Shown one piece after another: positions 16,634 through 26,276 of a DNA stretch of 37,297 bases. Positions within the stretch are counted from its first letter, which is position 1. Every line of letters starts with the position of its first letter. Source of the DNA: Dehalococcoidia bacterium (lineage in GTDB: Bacteria > Chloroflexota > Dehalococcoidia > DSTF01 > JACRBR01); assembly GCA_041494685.1 (NCBI GenBank), contig JBGQBE010000028.1:1-37297 (forward strand), read 5' to 3'. A program made the translations under genes and the position numbers. The notes below the pieces were generated by a model. The model was not told the origin of the DNA, searched no databases, and saw only the letters and a program-made list of their open reading frames with translations.

Positions 16634-18358
16634 ATGGGTGACAACGGGCTGGACCTGCGCTACTGGCGATCGCAACAAGTCACACGACGCCGCCTGCTGG
16701 GCGGCGCTGTCGTGGGCGGCGCCACCGTCGCCGCGATTGGCATCGTCGGCTGCTCGAGCAAGAAGAGCAGCGTCGACGCCGTCACACCTGCGGCACAGCC
16801 GACAGTCGTCGTGCAGGACGGCACGCAGGACGGCCCGGCGAAGCCCGGCGGCATCTTGAACGTGAGTCTGAGCAGCGCGCTCCCCAGCATGAACCCGTTC
16901 GGCCCCAGCATCCTCTCGCTGTACCAGGGGCTGTTTCTGGGCTTCACCGTCTTCGATCACATGTGGTACGTGCCCACCGATACCGGCCTGACGGAGTTGT
17001 TCCTCGCCACCAAGCTCGAACAGCCGGATCCGCTGACGATCATCGCCACGATCGGCGACGCAACGTTCCACGACAAGGCGCCCGCGAATGGCCGCGTCGT
17101 GAAAGCGTCGGACATCGTCGCCAGCTACAAGCTGTTCGCGAAGCAACTTCCCGTCGGCTTCGACTACCTGCATGACGTCATGGAGGACGTGGTGGCCGTG
17201 GACGACCACACGGTGAAGATCACCCAGAACCGGCCGTGGGCGTGGGCCTTCACCTCGTCCAATGCCGGTTCTCCCTGGTCCAGTTCGATCCTCCCTGAAG
17301 AGATCCTCGACAAGCCCGACGTGATGGCCAAGGACGCAATCGGATCCGGCCAGTGGGTGCTTGCCGGCCACGAAAACGGCGCCAACATCAAGCTCCGCAA
17401 GTTTCAGAAGTTTCGCCAGTTCGCGGGCACGACGTCCATCGCCGGCCAGCCGTATCTCGACGGCATCGACTTCAAGCTGATCGCCGACGGCGCACCCGCC
17501 CTGGCCGCATTCAAAGCCGGACAGATCGATGCCTACGGCTTCAACAGCAAGAGTGAGTCCGACGACACGAAGAGCGCGCTCGGCGACAAGATCTCGGTCG
17601 GGAGCGACCTCGCGCGCGACTTCTTCTGCCTCATGCTGAAGTACGAGCCGCCGTTCACCGACGACCGCGTCCGTCACGCCTTCAACCTGCTGATCGACCG
17701 CGACGAGATCATCCAGCTCATGGTGGAAGGAAGCGGCCTGAAGTGCCCGCCGCTGCCCCCGGCGCACAAGAAGTACCAGTTGCCCGACAACGACCCCGAC
17801 CTCAAGGAATACTTCCGGCACGACATCGCCGACGCGAAGAAGCTGCTTGACGCGGCGGGCTTCGATTACAACCAGGTGATTGACTTCAAGCACTCGGTCC
17901 GGCCGTCGGACGCACAGGTCTCCCAGATTCTCCAGCAGCAACTCCAGCGTGGCGGCGTGCAAACCAAGCTCGTTCCGGAGGATCTGGTGAAGTGGTTCAG
18001 CCAGTCGCTCGGCACCGGCAACTTCCACATGACGGCGTTCGATCACCTGGCGTATGAGGATCCGGATCTGCCGCTCCGCTTCTTCATGGCGGGCGGCGGC
18101 AGCCAGAAGAACTTCATGGGCTACAGTAACGACGACGTGAACAAGGCCGTCCTGGCCGCCGCCGGCGAACTCGACGAAACAGCGCGCATCGAGAAGGTGC
18201 GGCAGGCGCAGAAGGCGGTCATCCAGAACTGGGCGCCGATGCTCAATCTCTACGCGCAGATCAACTACGGCGGCCGCTACAACTACGTGAAGGGGTCGAT
18301 CACGGGGCGCGGCTCCTATGGCCTGTTCAACCGGACGACGTGGCTCGACAGGTCGTGA
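16634..18358 (+). CDS. Family-5 (peptide/nickel) ABC substrate-binding lipoprotein, Tat-type signal
   Basis: TRRRLLG twin-Arg motif and IVGC lipobox; KASDIVAS, AIGSGQW, DDRVRHA...IDR and AKKLLDAAG. Confidence 0.88.
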   Translation: MGDNGLDLRYWRSQQVTRRRLLGGAVVGGATVAAIGIVGCSSKKSSVDAVTPAAQPTVVVQDGTQDGPAKPGGILNVSLSSALPSMNPFGPSILSLYQGLFLGFTVFDHMWYVPTDTGLTELFLATKLEQPDPLTIIATIGDATFHDKAPANGRVVKASDIVASYKLFAKQLPVGFDYLHDVMEDVVAVDDHTVKITQNRPWAWAFTSSNAGSPWSSSILPEEILDKPDVMAKDAIGSGQWVLAGHENGANIKLRKFQKFRQFAGTTSIAGQPYLDGIDFKLIADGAPALAAFKAGQIDAYGFNSKSESDDTKSALGDKISVGSDLARDFFCLMLKYEPPFTDDRVRHAFNLLIDRDEIIQLMVEGSGLKCPPLPPAHKKYQLPDNDPDLKEYFRHDIADAKKLLDAAGFDYNQVIDFKHSVRPSDAQVSQILQQQLQRGGVQTKLVPEDLVKWFSQSLGTGNFHMTAFDHLAYEDPDLPLRFFMAGGGSQKNFMGYSNDDVNKAVLAAAGELDETARIEKVRQAQKAVIQNWAPMLNLYAQINYGGRYNYVKGSITGRGSYGLFNRTTWLDRS

Positions 18359-18408
18359 TTTCCCTGCAAGATCACCCGGGCCAGAGCCGGCGGTAGAGAG
18401 GTCGCCTG

Positions 18409-19449
18409 ATGCTCCGCTACACGCTGCGCCGTCTGTCGTTCTTGCCGATCATCCTCCTCGCCGTTTCGATCATCACGTTCGTGCTCCTGCGCGTGCTGCC
18501 CACCGAGGACTTCGCCGATGTCATCGGAGGCATCAACGCCACGCAGGAACAGAAGGACGCCATCCGCGACAAGTACGGCCTGCGCGCCCCGGTCTTTCCG
18601 GTCACGGTCTCCGGCCAGTGCGAGCGCGTCGTCTGGTACGTCCCGAAGTGCAGCCTCGACGGCTCGGTCCTCGAATTTCACCCCCATAGCCAGTACGGGT
18701 CGTGGCTGATCCATGCCCTGCGCGGCGATTTCGGCACGACGTTCAACAACAATGCCGATGTGCGCCACGAGTTCGTCCGCAGGTTCCCGGCCAGCTTCGA
18801 GCTGGTATTCCTGAGCCTCAGCTTCAGCGTGTTCTTCGGGATCAGCTTCGGCATCCTCTCTGCGATGTACCGCAACACGCCGCTCGACTATGGCGTGCGC
18901 ATCTTCGCCGTCCTCGGCACGTCGATCCCGGAGTTCTTCCTCCTCACGCTGCTCATCGTCATCCCGTCGTACCTCTGGAACTACGCCCAGCCCTCCGGCG
19001 GGTACGTCCCCATCTACGACGATCCGATGCACAACCTGCGCCTCTTCCTGCCCCCCGCGCTGATCGTCGGCGTCGCCGGCTCCTCCGGATTGATGCGCCT
19101 CGTGCGCACGACGATGCTCGAAGTCCTTCGCAGCGACTACGTGCGCACCGCCCGCGCCAAGGGCCTTCGCGGTCGCACCGTGATCCTGAGCCACGCGCTG
19201 CGCAACGCCAGCACGCCGATTCTCACGGCGGTCGGGACCGCGTTCATCGCCGTCTTCGGCGGTTCGCTGGTGGCGGAGCGGATCCTCAGCATCCAGGGCA
19301 ACGGTCTCTTCTTCTTCACGTCGACCTTGAGCCGCGACCTGCCGGTGATCCAGTTCCTCGCCGTCTACACGGCCGCCGTCGTCGTCATCGTCAACCTGGT
19401 CGTGGATCTCTCGTACGCCTGGGCCGATCCGCGCGTGAAGTACAGCTGA
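18409..19449 (+). CDS. ABC transporter permease (OppB/DppB-like)
   Basis: Motifs LRGDFG and DYVRTARAKGL (EAA loop), HALRNA, DLSYAWADPR. Confidence 0.93.
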   Translation: MLRYTLRRLSFLPIILLAVSIITFVLLRVLPTEDFADVIGGINATQEQKDAIRDKYGLRAPVFPVTVSGQCERVVWYVPKCSLDGSVLEFHPHSQYGSWLIHALRGDFGTTFNNNADVRHEFVRRFPASFELVFLSLSFSVFFGISFGILSAMYRNTPLDYGVRIFAVLGTSIPEFFLLTLLIVIPSYLWNYAQPSGGYVPIYDDPMHNLRLFLPPALIVGVAGSSGLMRLVRTTMLEVLRSDYVRTARAKGLRGRTVILSHALRNASTPILTAVGTAFIAVFGGSLVAERILSIQGNGLFFFTSTLSRDLPVIQFLAVYTAAVVVIVNLVVDLSYAWADPRVKYS

Positions 19450-20375
19450 TGGCCGCCATGATCGAGCGCGAGCGGCGGTTGGCGCCCATGGAATCGTGGG
19501 AGATCCCGCGGCCGAAGCCGTGGTACCAGAAGCTCGCCCGTCTCGCCGCCGACAACCCGGTCGGCGCCGTCTCATTCGCCATCGTCGTGCTGTTCGTCGC
19601 GGTCGGTGTCTTCGGCGCATCGATCGCGCCGTACAACCCGAAGGAGCTGGACGCGAGTTCGCAGTATCTCGGCCCCAGCGGTGTGCATTTCTTTGGCACC
19701 GACAAGTTCGGACACGATGTCTTCAGCCGCGTCCTCACGGGAGCGCAGATCGACCTCAAGTTCGGATTGGTCGTGATGCTCGTCGGATTCATACCGGGCG
19801 TGATGCTGGGCGTTGTCTCCGGATACGCGCGCGGTTGGGCCGATTACGTGATCCAGCGCTCCGCCGAGGCGTGGACCGCGTTCCCCGCACTCTTCCTGTT
19901 GCTCACCTTCGTCTCCGCGTTCGGTCCTGGCCTGAAGACGGTCGAGATCGTCGTCGCGATCAGCGCGCTGTTCAGCGGCTCGCGGCTGCTACGCGCCGTC
20001 GCGCTCATCGAGAAGCAGAAGGAGTACGTCACCTCCGCCCGTTCGACGGGCGCCACGGAGACACGCCTCCTCCTGCGTCACGTCGTGCCGAACATCATGC
20101 CCTTCATCCTCGTCGGGTTCAGCAGCGTCTTCGCCGTCGCCGTGCTGCTCGAGGCGACGCTCTCGTTCCTCGGGCTCGGCGTCGCGCCTGGGACGCCAAG
20201 CTGGGGCGCCGATCTGAGCTTCAATGCCGACAACCAGGGCACGAAGTACCCCTTCCTCGTGCTCTTCCCCGGCCTCGCCATCAGCCTCGTCGTGCTCGCC
20301 TTTAACCTCCTCGGCGATACCCTGCGCGACATCCTGGACCCCCGCCTGCGCGGCAGTACCGGTACCCGCAAGTAG
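19449..20375 (+). CDS. ABC transporter permease (OppC/DppC-like)
   Basis: Motifs FGTDKFGHDVFSR, EYVTSARSTGA, RHVVPN and NLLGDTLRDILDPR; TGATG overlap. Confidence 0.92.
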   Translation: MAAMIERERRLAPMESWEIPRPKPWYQKLARLAADNPVGAVSFAIVVLFVAVGVFGASIAPYNPKELDASSQYLGPSGVHFFGTDKFGHDVFSRVLTGAQIDLKFGLVVMLVGFIPGVMLGVVSGYARGWADYVIQRSAEAWTAFPALFLLLTFVSAFGPGLKTVEIVVAISALFSGSRLLRAVALIEKQKEYVTSARSTGATETRLLLRHVVPNIMPFILVGFSSVFAVAVLLEATLSFLGLGVAPGTPSWGADLSFNADNQGTKYPFLVLFPGLAISLVVLAFNLLGDTLRDILDPRLRGSTGTRK

Positions 20376-20425
20376 CGCACGTCTCCGCCCTGTAACGAGG
20401 CGCCGCCAGCCGGTACCCTGCAACT

Positions 20426-21304
20426 GTGGCTGACGATCGCTTTTATCCGCAGGTCAACTTCGCCTCGCTCGACGAGGCCGACTCCGCGTTCGACCGCGCC
20501 CGCGTCGTCGTGCTGCCCGTGCCGTACGACTCCACCGTGACCGCGCGCGCCGGCACCCGCGACGGCCCGCGCGCGATCATCGAAGCCTCCGCCGACATGG
20601 AGCTGTACGACGTAGGGCTCGGCATCGAGCCGTGCCGCCACGGCATCCACACGCTGCCGGAACTGGCGCCGCACACCGGCTCGCCCGAGGCGATGACGGA
20701 TCGCATCGAGGGCGTCGTCGGCGAACTGCTGGACCACGGCAAGTTCGTCGTCACGCTGGGCGGCGAGCACACCGTCGCCGTCGGCGCCGTGCGCGCGCAC
20801 GCGAAGCGCACGGCGGGCCTCAGCGTGCTCGCGTTTGATGCGCACTCCGACCTGCGCGAGGAGTACCTCGACTCGCGCTACAACCACGCCTGCACACTGC
20901 GCCGCGCGCTCGACGTCGCCCCCGTGACGCAGGTGGGGCTGCGCAGCGCGTCTGCGGAGGACGCCGCGCTGATCCGCGAGCGGGGGCTCGGCTTTTACTC
21001 GCCGCGCGAGTACCGCGACGCCGGAGCGTCCGCCGTAGTGGACCGCCTCAGCGACGACGTCTACATCACGATCGACCTCGACAACTTCGACCCGGCGGAG
21101 ATGTCCGCCGTCGGCACGCCGGAGCCCGGCGGCCTGCACTGGGACGAGGTCTCCGACCTGCTGATCGCCGTCGCGAAGCGCCGCCGCATCGTCGGCTTCG
21201 ACGTGACCGAGCTCTCGCCCTCGCTGGGGCCGCGCTCGTGCGCGCAGCTCGCCGCGAAGCTGACCTACCGCCTCATCGGCCTGGCGCTCGGCCCGACGGA
21301 GTAG
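20426..21304 (+). CDS. speB: Agmatinase (ureohydrolase family)
   Basis: Motifs LGGEH, DAHSDLR, TIDLDNFDP, GTPEPGG and FDVTELSP. Confidence 0.9.
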   Translation: MADDRFYPQVNFASLDEADSAFDRARVVVLPVPYDSTVTARAGTRDGPRAIIEASADMELYDVGLGIEPCRHGIHTLPELAPHTGSPEAMTDRIEGVVGELLDHGKFVVTLGGEHTVAVGAVRAHAKRTAGLSVLAFDAHSDLREEYLDSRYNHACTLRRALDVAPVTQVGLRSASAEDAALIRERGLGFYSPREYRDAGASAVVDRLSDDVYITIDLDNFDPAEMSAVGTPEPGGLHWDEVSDLLIAVAKRRRIVGFDVTELSPSLGPRSCAQLAAKLTYRLIGLALGPTE

Positions 21305-21308
21305 CGCG

Positions 21309-21662
21309 ATGCCGGAGAAGAAGGGCCGCAAGCGGAAGCCCGCGCGCGAGCGTTCGCGCGTCGGCGGTACGGGCGCTGTCGCGCCTGAACACGACATAAC
21401 GAAACGTGCTCCGAGCCGGCCAGCCGCGCCGCCGCAGACCGCGCGCGCGGCGTTGCGCTGGCGCTACGCCGGCCTCGTGCTCGCGCTGGTCACGGCGATG
21501 GTCTCGATCCTGACGATCGCGGACGTCTTCGCCGGCGGCTACAACACGGTCAACCTGGCGTTCCGGCTGGTGACGGGCATTGGCCTGGGGCTGCTGGCGA
21601 TCGCCATCGCCGCGATGGTGTTGATCCCGGACCGCCTGCGGATGTGGCTGTTCCGCGAGTAG
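21309..21662 (+). CDS. Small hypothetical membrane protein (basic N-terminus, 2 TM)
   Basis: Starts 4 bp after speB; two hydrophobic helices. Confidence 0.65.
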   Translation: MPEKKGRKRKPARERSRVGGTGAVAPEHDITKRAPSRPAAPPQTARAALRWRYAGLVLALVTAMVSILTIADVFAGGYNTVNLAFRLVTGIGLGLLAIAIAAMVLIPDRLRMWLFRE

Positions 21663-21700
21663 CGCGTTAGCGGTTAGCTGTGAGCGTTTAGCGTTTAGCT
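21660..21700. repeat. Heptamer tandem repeat (TTAGCGN family)
   Basis: TTAGCGG TTAGCTG TGAGCGT TTAGCGT TTAGCT between convergent genes. Confidence 0.7.
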
Positions 21701-21736
21701 CTTGCAGTTGGCTGGGCGGCGACCAACCGCTGGCCG

Positions 21737-22255
21737 CTAACGGCTCACCGCTACCAGCCGGCGGATCTCTTCGACGTGCCCGCCCTCGTGTTCCACCATG
21801 TCCTCGACGCGCTGGCGGATGCTCTCGCGTCCGCGCGTGGGGTGCTGCCCGGGGCGCGCCCAGTTCCAGTTCACCAGCGTCGTCAGCAGCTGCGTGGTCT
21901 CCGCGCGGATCGCGCGGATCTCCGCGATGATGCCCTTGAGGTCGCGCGCCGCGTAGCCGCGTTCGCGCACCCTCGCGTCGGCATCCCAGCCGTCCAGCAC
22001 GGGGTCCGTCTGCGTCGACATCATGTAGAGCCGCTTGTGGTTGATCTCCACCGCGTCCAGCAGGTGGCCGACGAGCTCCTTGATGCACCAGGCGTCCGGC
22101 GCGGGACGGCGCGTCGCCTGCGCCTCCGTGATCCCCGCCAACTCCTCCGCCAGAAGGCGCGGCAGCGACCGCAGCGGCTCGACGAGGTGCGCGTGACCCT
22201 GCGTGCCGGGCTCCTGCCGCGGGAACGTGAAGACGTTGGGTGTCTGTGCTGGCAT
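21737..22255 (-). CDS. DinB/YfiT-family four-helix protein
   Basis: WCIKELVGHLLD and C-terminal HEGGH metal-ligand motif; GAGGA RBS. Confidence 0.82.
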   Translation of the reverse strand: MPAQTPNVFTFPRQEPGTQGHAHLVEPLRSLPRLLAEELAGITEAQATRRPAPDAWCIKELVGHLLDAVEINHKRLYMMSTQTDPVLDGWDADARVRERGYAARDLKGIIAEIRAIRAETTQLLTTLVNWNWARPGQHPTRGRESIRQRVEDMVEHEGGHVEEIRRLVAVSR

Positions 22256-22266
22256 GGCGCGGTCCT

Positions 22267-23457
22267 CTAGCGTGCGGGCGATGTCTGCGGCGCGGGGACG
22301 GGCTCGTGCTGGTTCAGCGATGTCTGCGCCACCGGCTCGCCGCCGCGCAGGTACACGCGCGGCACCCGGGCGCTGATCCCGGCCAGGATCTCCCACGAGA
22401 TCGTGTCCGCCAGCGCGGCCAGCTCATCCGCGTCGATGCGCTCGCCGCCCTGCGAACCAATGATAACGGCTTCGTCTTCCGGCGCAACGCCCGCGATATC
22501 CGTCACGTCCGCCATGCACATGTCCATCGCCACGCGCCCCGCGATCGGCGCCCGCCGCCCCCGGATCAGCACGCTGCCCCGGTTCGAGAGCGCCCGCCGC
22601 AGCCCGTCGGCGTAGCCGCACATCACCAGCGCGATGCGCGACGGCCGCTCGGCGCGCCACGTCCGCCCGTAACCCACTGTGGCCCCAGGCGTCACGTCGA
22701 TGACCCGCGCGACGCGGCTCTTCAGCGAGAGCGCCGGCCGCAGCTCCACCCCCGCGGCGATGCCCGGCGCCGGCTCGTAGCCGTAGATCCCCAGGCCCGC
22801 GCGCACCATCTCCAGCACCATGTCCGGCGCGTTGAGGATGCTCGCCGACGCGGAGCAGTGCCGCACCGCGATCCACGGCAGCCGCGCCGACGCCTCCATC
22901 AGCGCGTCGTACTGCTGCTGCGTGAACGTGCGGTCGCCCTCCTCGGCGGCGGCGAAGTGCGTGAACAGCCCCTCGACCTCGATGCCCGGGAGCAGGCGCA
23001 CGCTCTCCGCGAACCGCACCAGCGCGTCCATCTCCAGCCCGTGGCGGTACAGCCCGCTCTCCAACTCCACGTGTACCGGCTGCGTGACGCCGCGCGCCGT
23101 CGCGAAGTGCGAGAGCGCCAGCGCGCTCTGCGTCGTGTCCACGGTCGGCGTCAGCCGCAGGTCTACGATGCGCTCGGCCTCGGCGGCGGACGTGTAGCCC
23201 AGCACCAGCACCGGTGCGTCGATGCCCGCCAGTCGCAGCTCCTCGCCCTCGTCCACGCAGACGACGCCCAGGCCGGCCGCCCCAGCTTCGAGCGCCGCGC
23301 GTCCCACGGCGATAGCGCCGTGCCCGTACGCGTTCGCCTTCACGATCGCGTACAGCCGCGCCGGCGCGGCGCGCTCCGCCAGCGCGCGCACGTTGTACGC
23401 GATCGCGTCGAGATCGACTTCCGCCCAGGCCGGCCGGTCGCTCCACCGCTTGTCCAT
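22267..23457 (-). CDS. alr: Alanine racemase
   Basis: Motifs IVKANAYGHG, FTHFAAA, VGYGRTW, GYADG and GRVAMDM. Confidence 0.96.
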   Translation of the reverse strand: MDKRWSDRPAWAEVDLDAIAYNVRALAERAAPARLYAIVKANAYGHGAIAVGRAALEAGAAGLGVVCVDEGEELRLAGIDAPVLVLGYTSAAEAERIVDLRLTPTVDTTQSALALSHFATARGVTQPVHVELESGLYRHGLEMDALVRFAESVRLLPGIEVEGLFTHFAAAEEGDRTFTQQQYDALMEASARLPWIAVRHCSASASILNAPDMVLEMVRAGLGIYGYEPAPGIAAGVELRPALSLKSRVARVIDVTPGATVGYGRTWRAERPSRIALVMCGYADGLRRALSNRGSVLIRGRRAPIAGRVAMDMCMADVTDIAGVAPEDEAVIIGSQGGERIDADELAALADTISWEILAGISARVPRVYLRGGEPVAQTSLNQHEPVPAPQTSPAR

Positions 23458-23473
23458 GCGCACATCTTATCGG

Positions 23474-23502
23474 GTTGCTGGTCGCTGGTCGCTGGCGATT
23501 GG
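23474..23502. repeat. Heptamer tandem repeat (GTCGCTG family)
   Basis: GTTGCTG GTCGCTG GTCGCTG GCGATTG; related short runs at about 25591 and 32001-32040. Confidence 0.6.
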
Positions 23503-23670
23503 TGCACTTGGACTCCACCCTTTCAACGACGAACCTCTGCGCCTTTGTGTTGAATCCCTCGACCTCTGCCGGTTGACTGGTACTCGCGCCCCGCTGCCTG
23601 CCATCGCGCGGCATAACTGCTAAGGTGAATGCGCAACCATCAGCAGCACGTTGCCGGGAGGTGACATACC

Positions 23671-25587
23671 GTGCCAGCACTCCGTAACCTCGAACCCCTG
23701 TTCGCCCGCGTCTCCAAGCCGGCCCGCTACACCGGCGGTGAATGGAACTCCGTCGCCAAGGACTGGGACGCCTGCGACGTGCGCGTCGCCTTCGCCTACC
23801 CCGACCTCTACGACATCGGCATGTCCAACCTGGGGCTCGGCATCCTCTACGACATCGTCAACCGCCAGGAGGGCATGCTCGCCGAGCGCGTCTTCGCGCC
23901 CTGGTCCGACATGGAGGAGGTCATCCGCGCCGAGGGCCTGCCGCTCTGGAGCCTGGAGACGCGCCACCCGCTCGGCGAGTTCGACGTGCTGGGCTTCTCG
24001 CTGAGCTACGAGGGCACCTATACCAACATCCTGAACATGCTCGACCTCGCCGGCCTGCCCGTGCTCGCGGCCGAGCGCACTGACGCGCACCCGCTGATCA
24101 TCTGCGGCGGCTCCGGCGCGCTCAATCCGGACGCGCTGGCGGACTTCGTCGATGTCTTCGTGCTGGGCGACGGCGAGGAGACCGTGCTCGACGTCGTGCG
24201 CTTCGTGCGCGAATGGAAGCGGCAGGGGCGCGGCACCCGCGACCAGATGCTGCAGCGGCTCGCGAAGACCTGGGGCATCTACGTGCCCCGTTTCTATCAG
24301 CCTGCCTACAACCCGGACGGCAGCATCAAGTCCGTCACGCCCACGCTCGACTGGCTGCCGGCGCGCGTCACCAAGCGCTTCGTGCAGGAGCTGCCACCCG
24401 CGCTCACAACGCCGATCGTGCCGTTCCTGCAAACGGTGCACGACCGCGCCGCCATCGAGATCCAGCGCGGCTGTACGCAGGGCTGCCGCTTCTGCCAGGC
24501 CGGCATCATCTACCGCCCGCGGCTCGAGCGCTCGCCCGAGGAGGTGTTGGATGCGGCGAAGGCGCTCGTACAGAACACCGGCTACGACGAGCTCTCGCTC
24601 GTCTCGCTCAGCACCACCGACCACTCGCGCATCCTGCCGATGGTGGACGGGCTGCGCGCGCACTTCGGCGACCGGCTCACGCTCTCGCTGCCGTCGATGC
24701 GCGTCGATAGCTTCTCCGTGAAGGTGGCGGAGGCCGTCGCGACGCGCGGCAAGCACAGTATCACCTTCGCGCCTGAGGCCGGCACGGAGCGCCTCCGGAT
24801 GACGATCAACAAGATCGTCACCGACGACGACCTCTACGCCGCCGCGGACAACGCCTTCGCGCAGGGGTGGACCAACGTGAAGATGTACTTCATGTGCGGC
24901 CAGCCCACTGAGACGCACGAGGACATCGAGGGCATCGTCGCGCTGGCCCGCCGCGTCCGCGAGATCGGCCGCTCGTACCACGGCGGCCGCGCACGCGTGC
25001 GCGTCAGCACGTCGAACTTCATCCCCAAGGCGCACACGCCGTTCCAGTGGGCGTCGCAGGCGCGGCCCGACGTCCTGCACCAGCGCCACATGTACCTGCG
25101 GGACGCGCTGAAGAAGATCGGCGTCGCGTTTACCTGGGAGGACCCGGAGCACAGCCTGCTCGAAGCCGTCCTCTCGCGCGGCGACCGCCGCCTGGGCCGC
25201 GCGATCCACAACGCCTGGCGCGCCGGCGCCCGCTTCGACGCGTGGCACGAGCACTACAACTGGCCGCGCTGGCAGCAGGCCCTCGCGGACGCCGATCTCA
25301 GCGCCGAGTTCTTCGCCTATCGTTCGCCGGGGCTGTTCGACCCGTTCCCGTGGTCGCACATCAACATCGGCGTCACCGAGTCGTACCTGCGCGCGGAGTG
25401 GCTGCGCACGCTGAAGAACGAGCAGACGGCCGACTGCCACAAGCAGCCGTGCAACGTCTGCGGCGTCCAGAACCAGAACGCCGACGACTGCCTCAACCGC
25501 TTCGACCTGCGGCTCGCCGCCAAAGGCAAGCCGCCCGCCACCCGCACAGGCCTCATCCAGCCGATCGAGATGTTCTCGCTCACATAA
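23671..25587 (+). CDS. TIGR03960-type radical SAM protein
   Basis: Motifs KPARYTGGEWN, YPDLYDIGMSNLG, RGCTQGCRFCQAG, TFAPEAG and PKAHTPFQW; GGAGG RBS. Confidence 0.9.
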   Translation: MPALRNLEPLFARVSKPARYTGGEWNSVAKDWDACDVRVAFAYPDLYDIGMSNLGLGILYDIVNRQEGMLAERVFAPWSDMEEVIRAEGLPLWSLETRHPLGEFDVLGFSLSYEGTYTNILNMLDLAGLPVLAAERTDAHPLIICGGSGALNPDALADFVDVFVLGDGEETVLDVVRFVREWKRQGRGTRDQMLQRLAKTWGIYVPRFYQPAYNPDGSIKSVTPTLDWLPARVTKRFVQELPPALTTPIVPFLQTVHDRAAIEIQRGCTQGCRFCQAGIIYRPRLERSPEEVLDAAKALVQNTGYDELSLVSLSTTDHSRILPMVDGLRAHFGDRLTLSLPSMRVDSFSVKVAEAVATRGKHSITFAPEAGTERLRMTINKIVTDDDLYAAADNAFAQGWTNVKMYFMCGQPTETHEDIEGIVALARRVREIGRSYHGGRARVRVSTSNFIPKAHTPFQWASQARPDVLHQRHMYLRDALKKIGVAFTWEDPEHSLLEAVLSRGDRRLGRAIHNAWRAGARFDAWHEHYNWPRWQQALADADLSAEFFAYRSPGLFDPFPWSHINIGVTESYLRAEWLRTLKNEQTADCHKQPCNVCGVQNQNADDCLNRFDLRLAAKGKPPATRTGLIQPIEMFSLT

Positions 25588-25641
25588 CCTCTGGTCGCTG
25601 CTGATTGAAGTCCGCCCTGTGTCCCGCGCTTGGCACACAAG

Positions 25642-25676
25642 AAGAGAGAGGACGCCACACCGGCGTCCTCTCTCTT
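25642..25676. terminator. Bidirectional terminator
   Basis: AAGAGAGAGGACGCC/GGCGTCCTCTCTCTT between convergent genes. Confidence 0.75.
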
Positions 25677-25698
25677 GCTATTCGATTGTGCGCCGCGC

Positions 25699-26112
25699 CT
25701 AGTAGCGGCGACCGCCGCCGCCACCCCCGCCGCCACGGCCACCGCCCCCGCCGCCACCGCCGCCGTAGCCGCCGCCGCTGCTCGGCGCGCGCTGCTGGAA
25801 GCAGTCCCGGCAGTACACCGGCTTGTCGCCGCGCGGCTGGAACGGCACCTCGGTCTCGCGGCCGCAGTTGGCGCACGTCGCCGGGTACATCTGGCGCGGG
25901 CCGGACGAGTAACCGCCGCCGCCCCCGCCATAGCCACCGCCGCCGCCGCCGGGCGCGTCACCGCGCGCGCTCTTGCGGGCGCGGCGGCAGTCCGGACAGC
26001 GCTTCGGCTCGTTCGTGAAGCCGCGGCTGGCGTGGAATTCCTGGTCTTCCGCGGTGAAGACGAACTCCGCTCCGCAGTCCACACAGGTAAGATTTCTGTC
26101 AGTGTAGGGCAC
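25699..26112 (-). CDS. Zinc-ribbon plus CxxC-x17-CxxC protein with Gly-rich linker and tail
   Basis: AGGAGG RBS and GTG start; DRNLTCVDCG...EPKRCPDCR; CANCG...VPFQP...VYCRDCF. Confidence 0.88.
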   Translation of the reverse strand: MPYTDRNLTCVDCGAEFVFTAEDQEFHASRGFTNEPKRCPDCRRARKSARGDAPGGGGGGYGGGGGGYSSGPRQMYPATCANCGRETEVPFQPRGDKPVYCRDCFQQRAPSSGGGYGGGGGGGGGRGGGGGGGGRRY

Positions 26113-26212
26113 CTGACGACCTCCTATGAACGTTTCCTTGTCGTCAGGGCGGAGCGAAGCGGTCAGACATTCGCGGCGGACTCGGACGGGAAACTTACGT
26201 TTAGACCGAGGT

Positions 26213-26242
26213 ACAGTAGCAGACCAGTTATGGGCCTTGCAA
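26213..26242 (-). promoter_or_regulatory. Promoter for the zinc-ribbon gene
   Basis: Minus strand TTGCAA-N18-TACTGT, about 100 nt upstream of the start. Confidence 0.45.
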
Positions 26243-26276
26243 CATATCGGAAGCCCTGAATCGTGTCCGCCGGCCC

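Noticed and set aside
25699..25950. (GCC)n microsatellite-like runs
   Set aside because: They encode the poly-Gly tracts of the zinc-ribbon protein.
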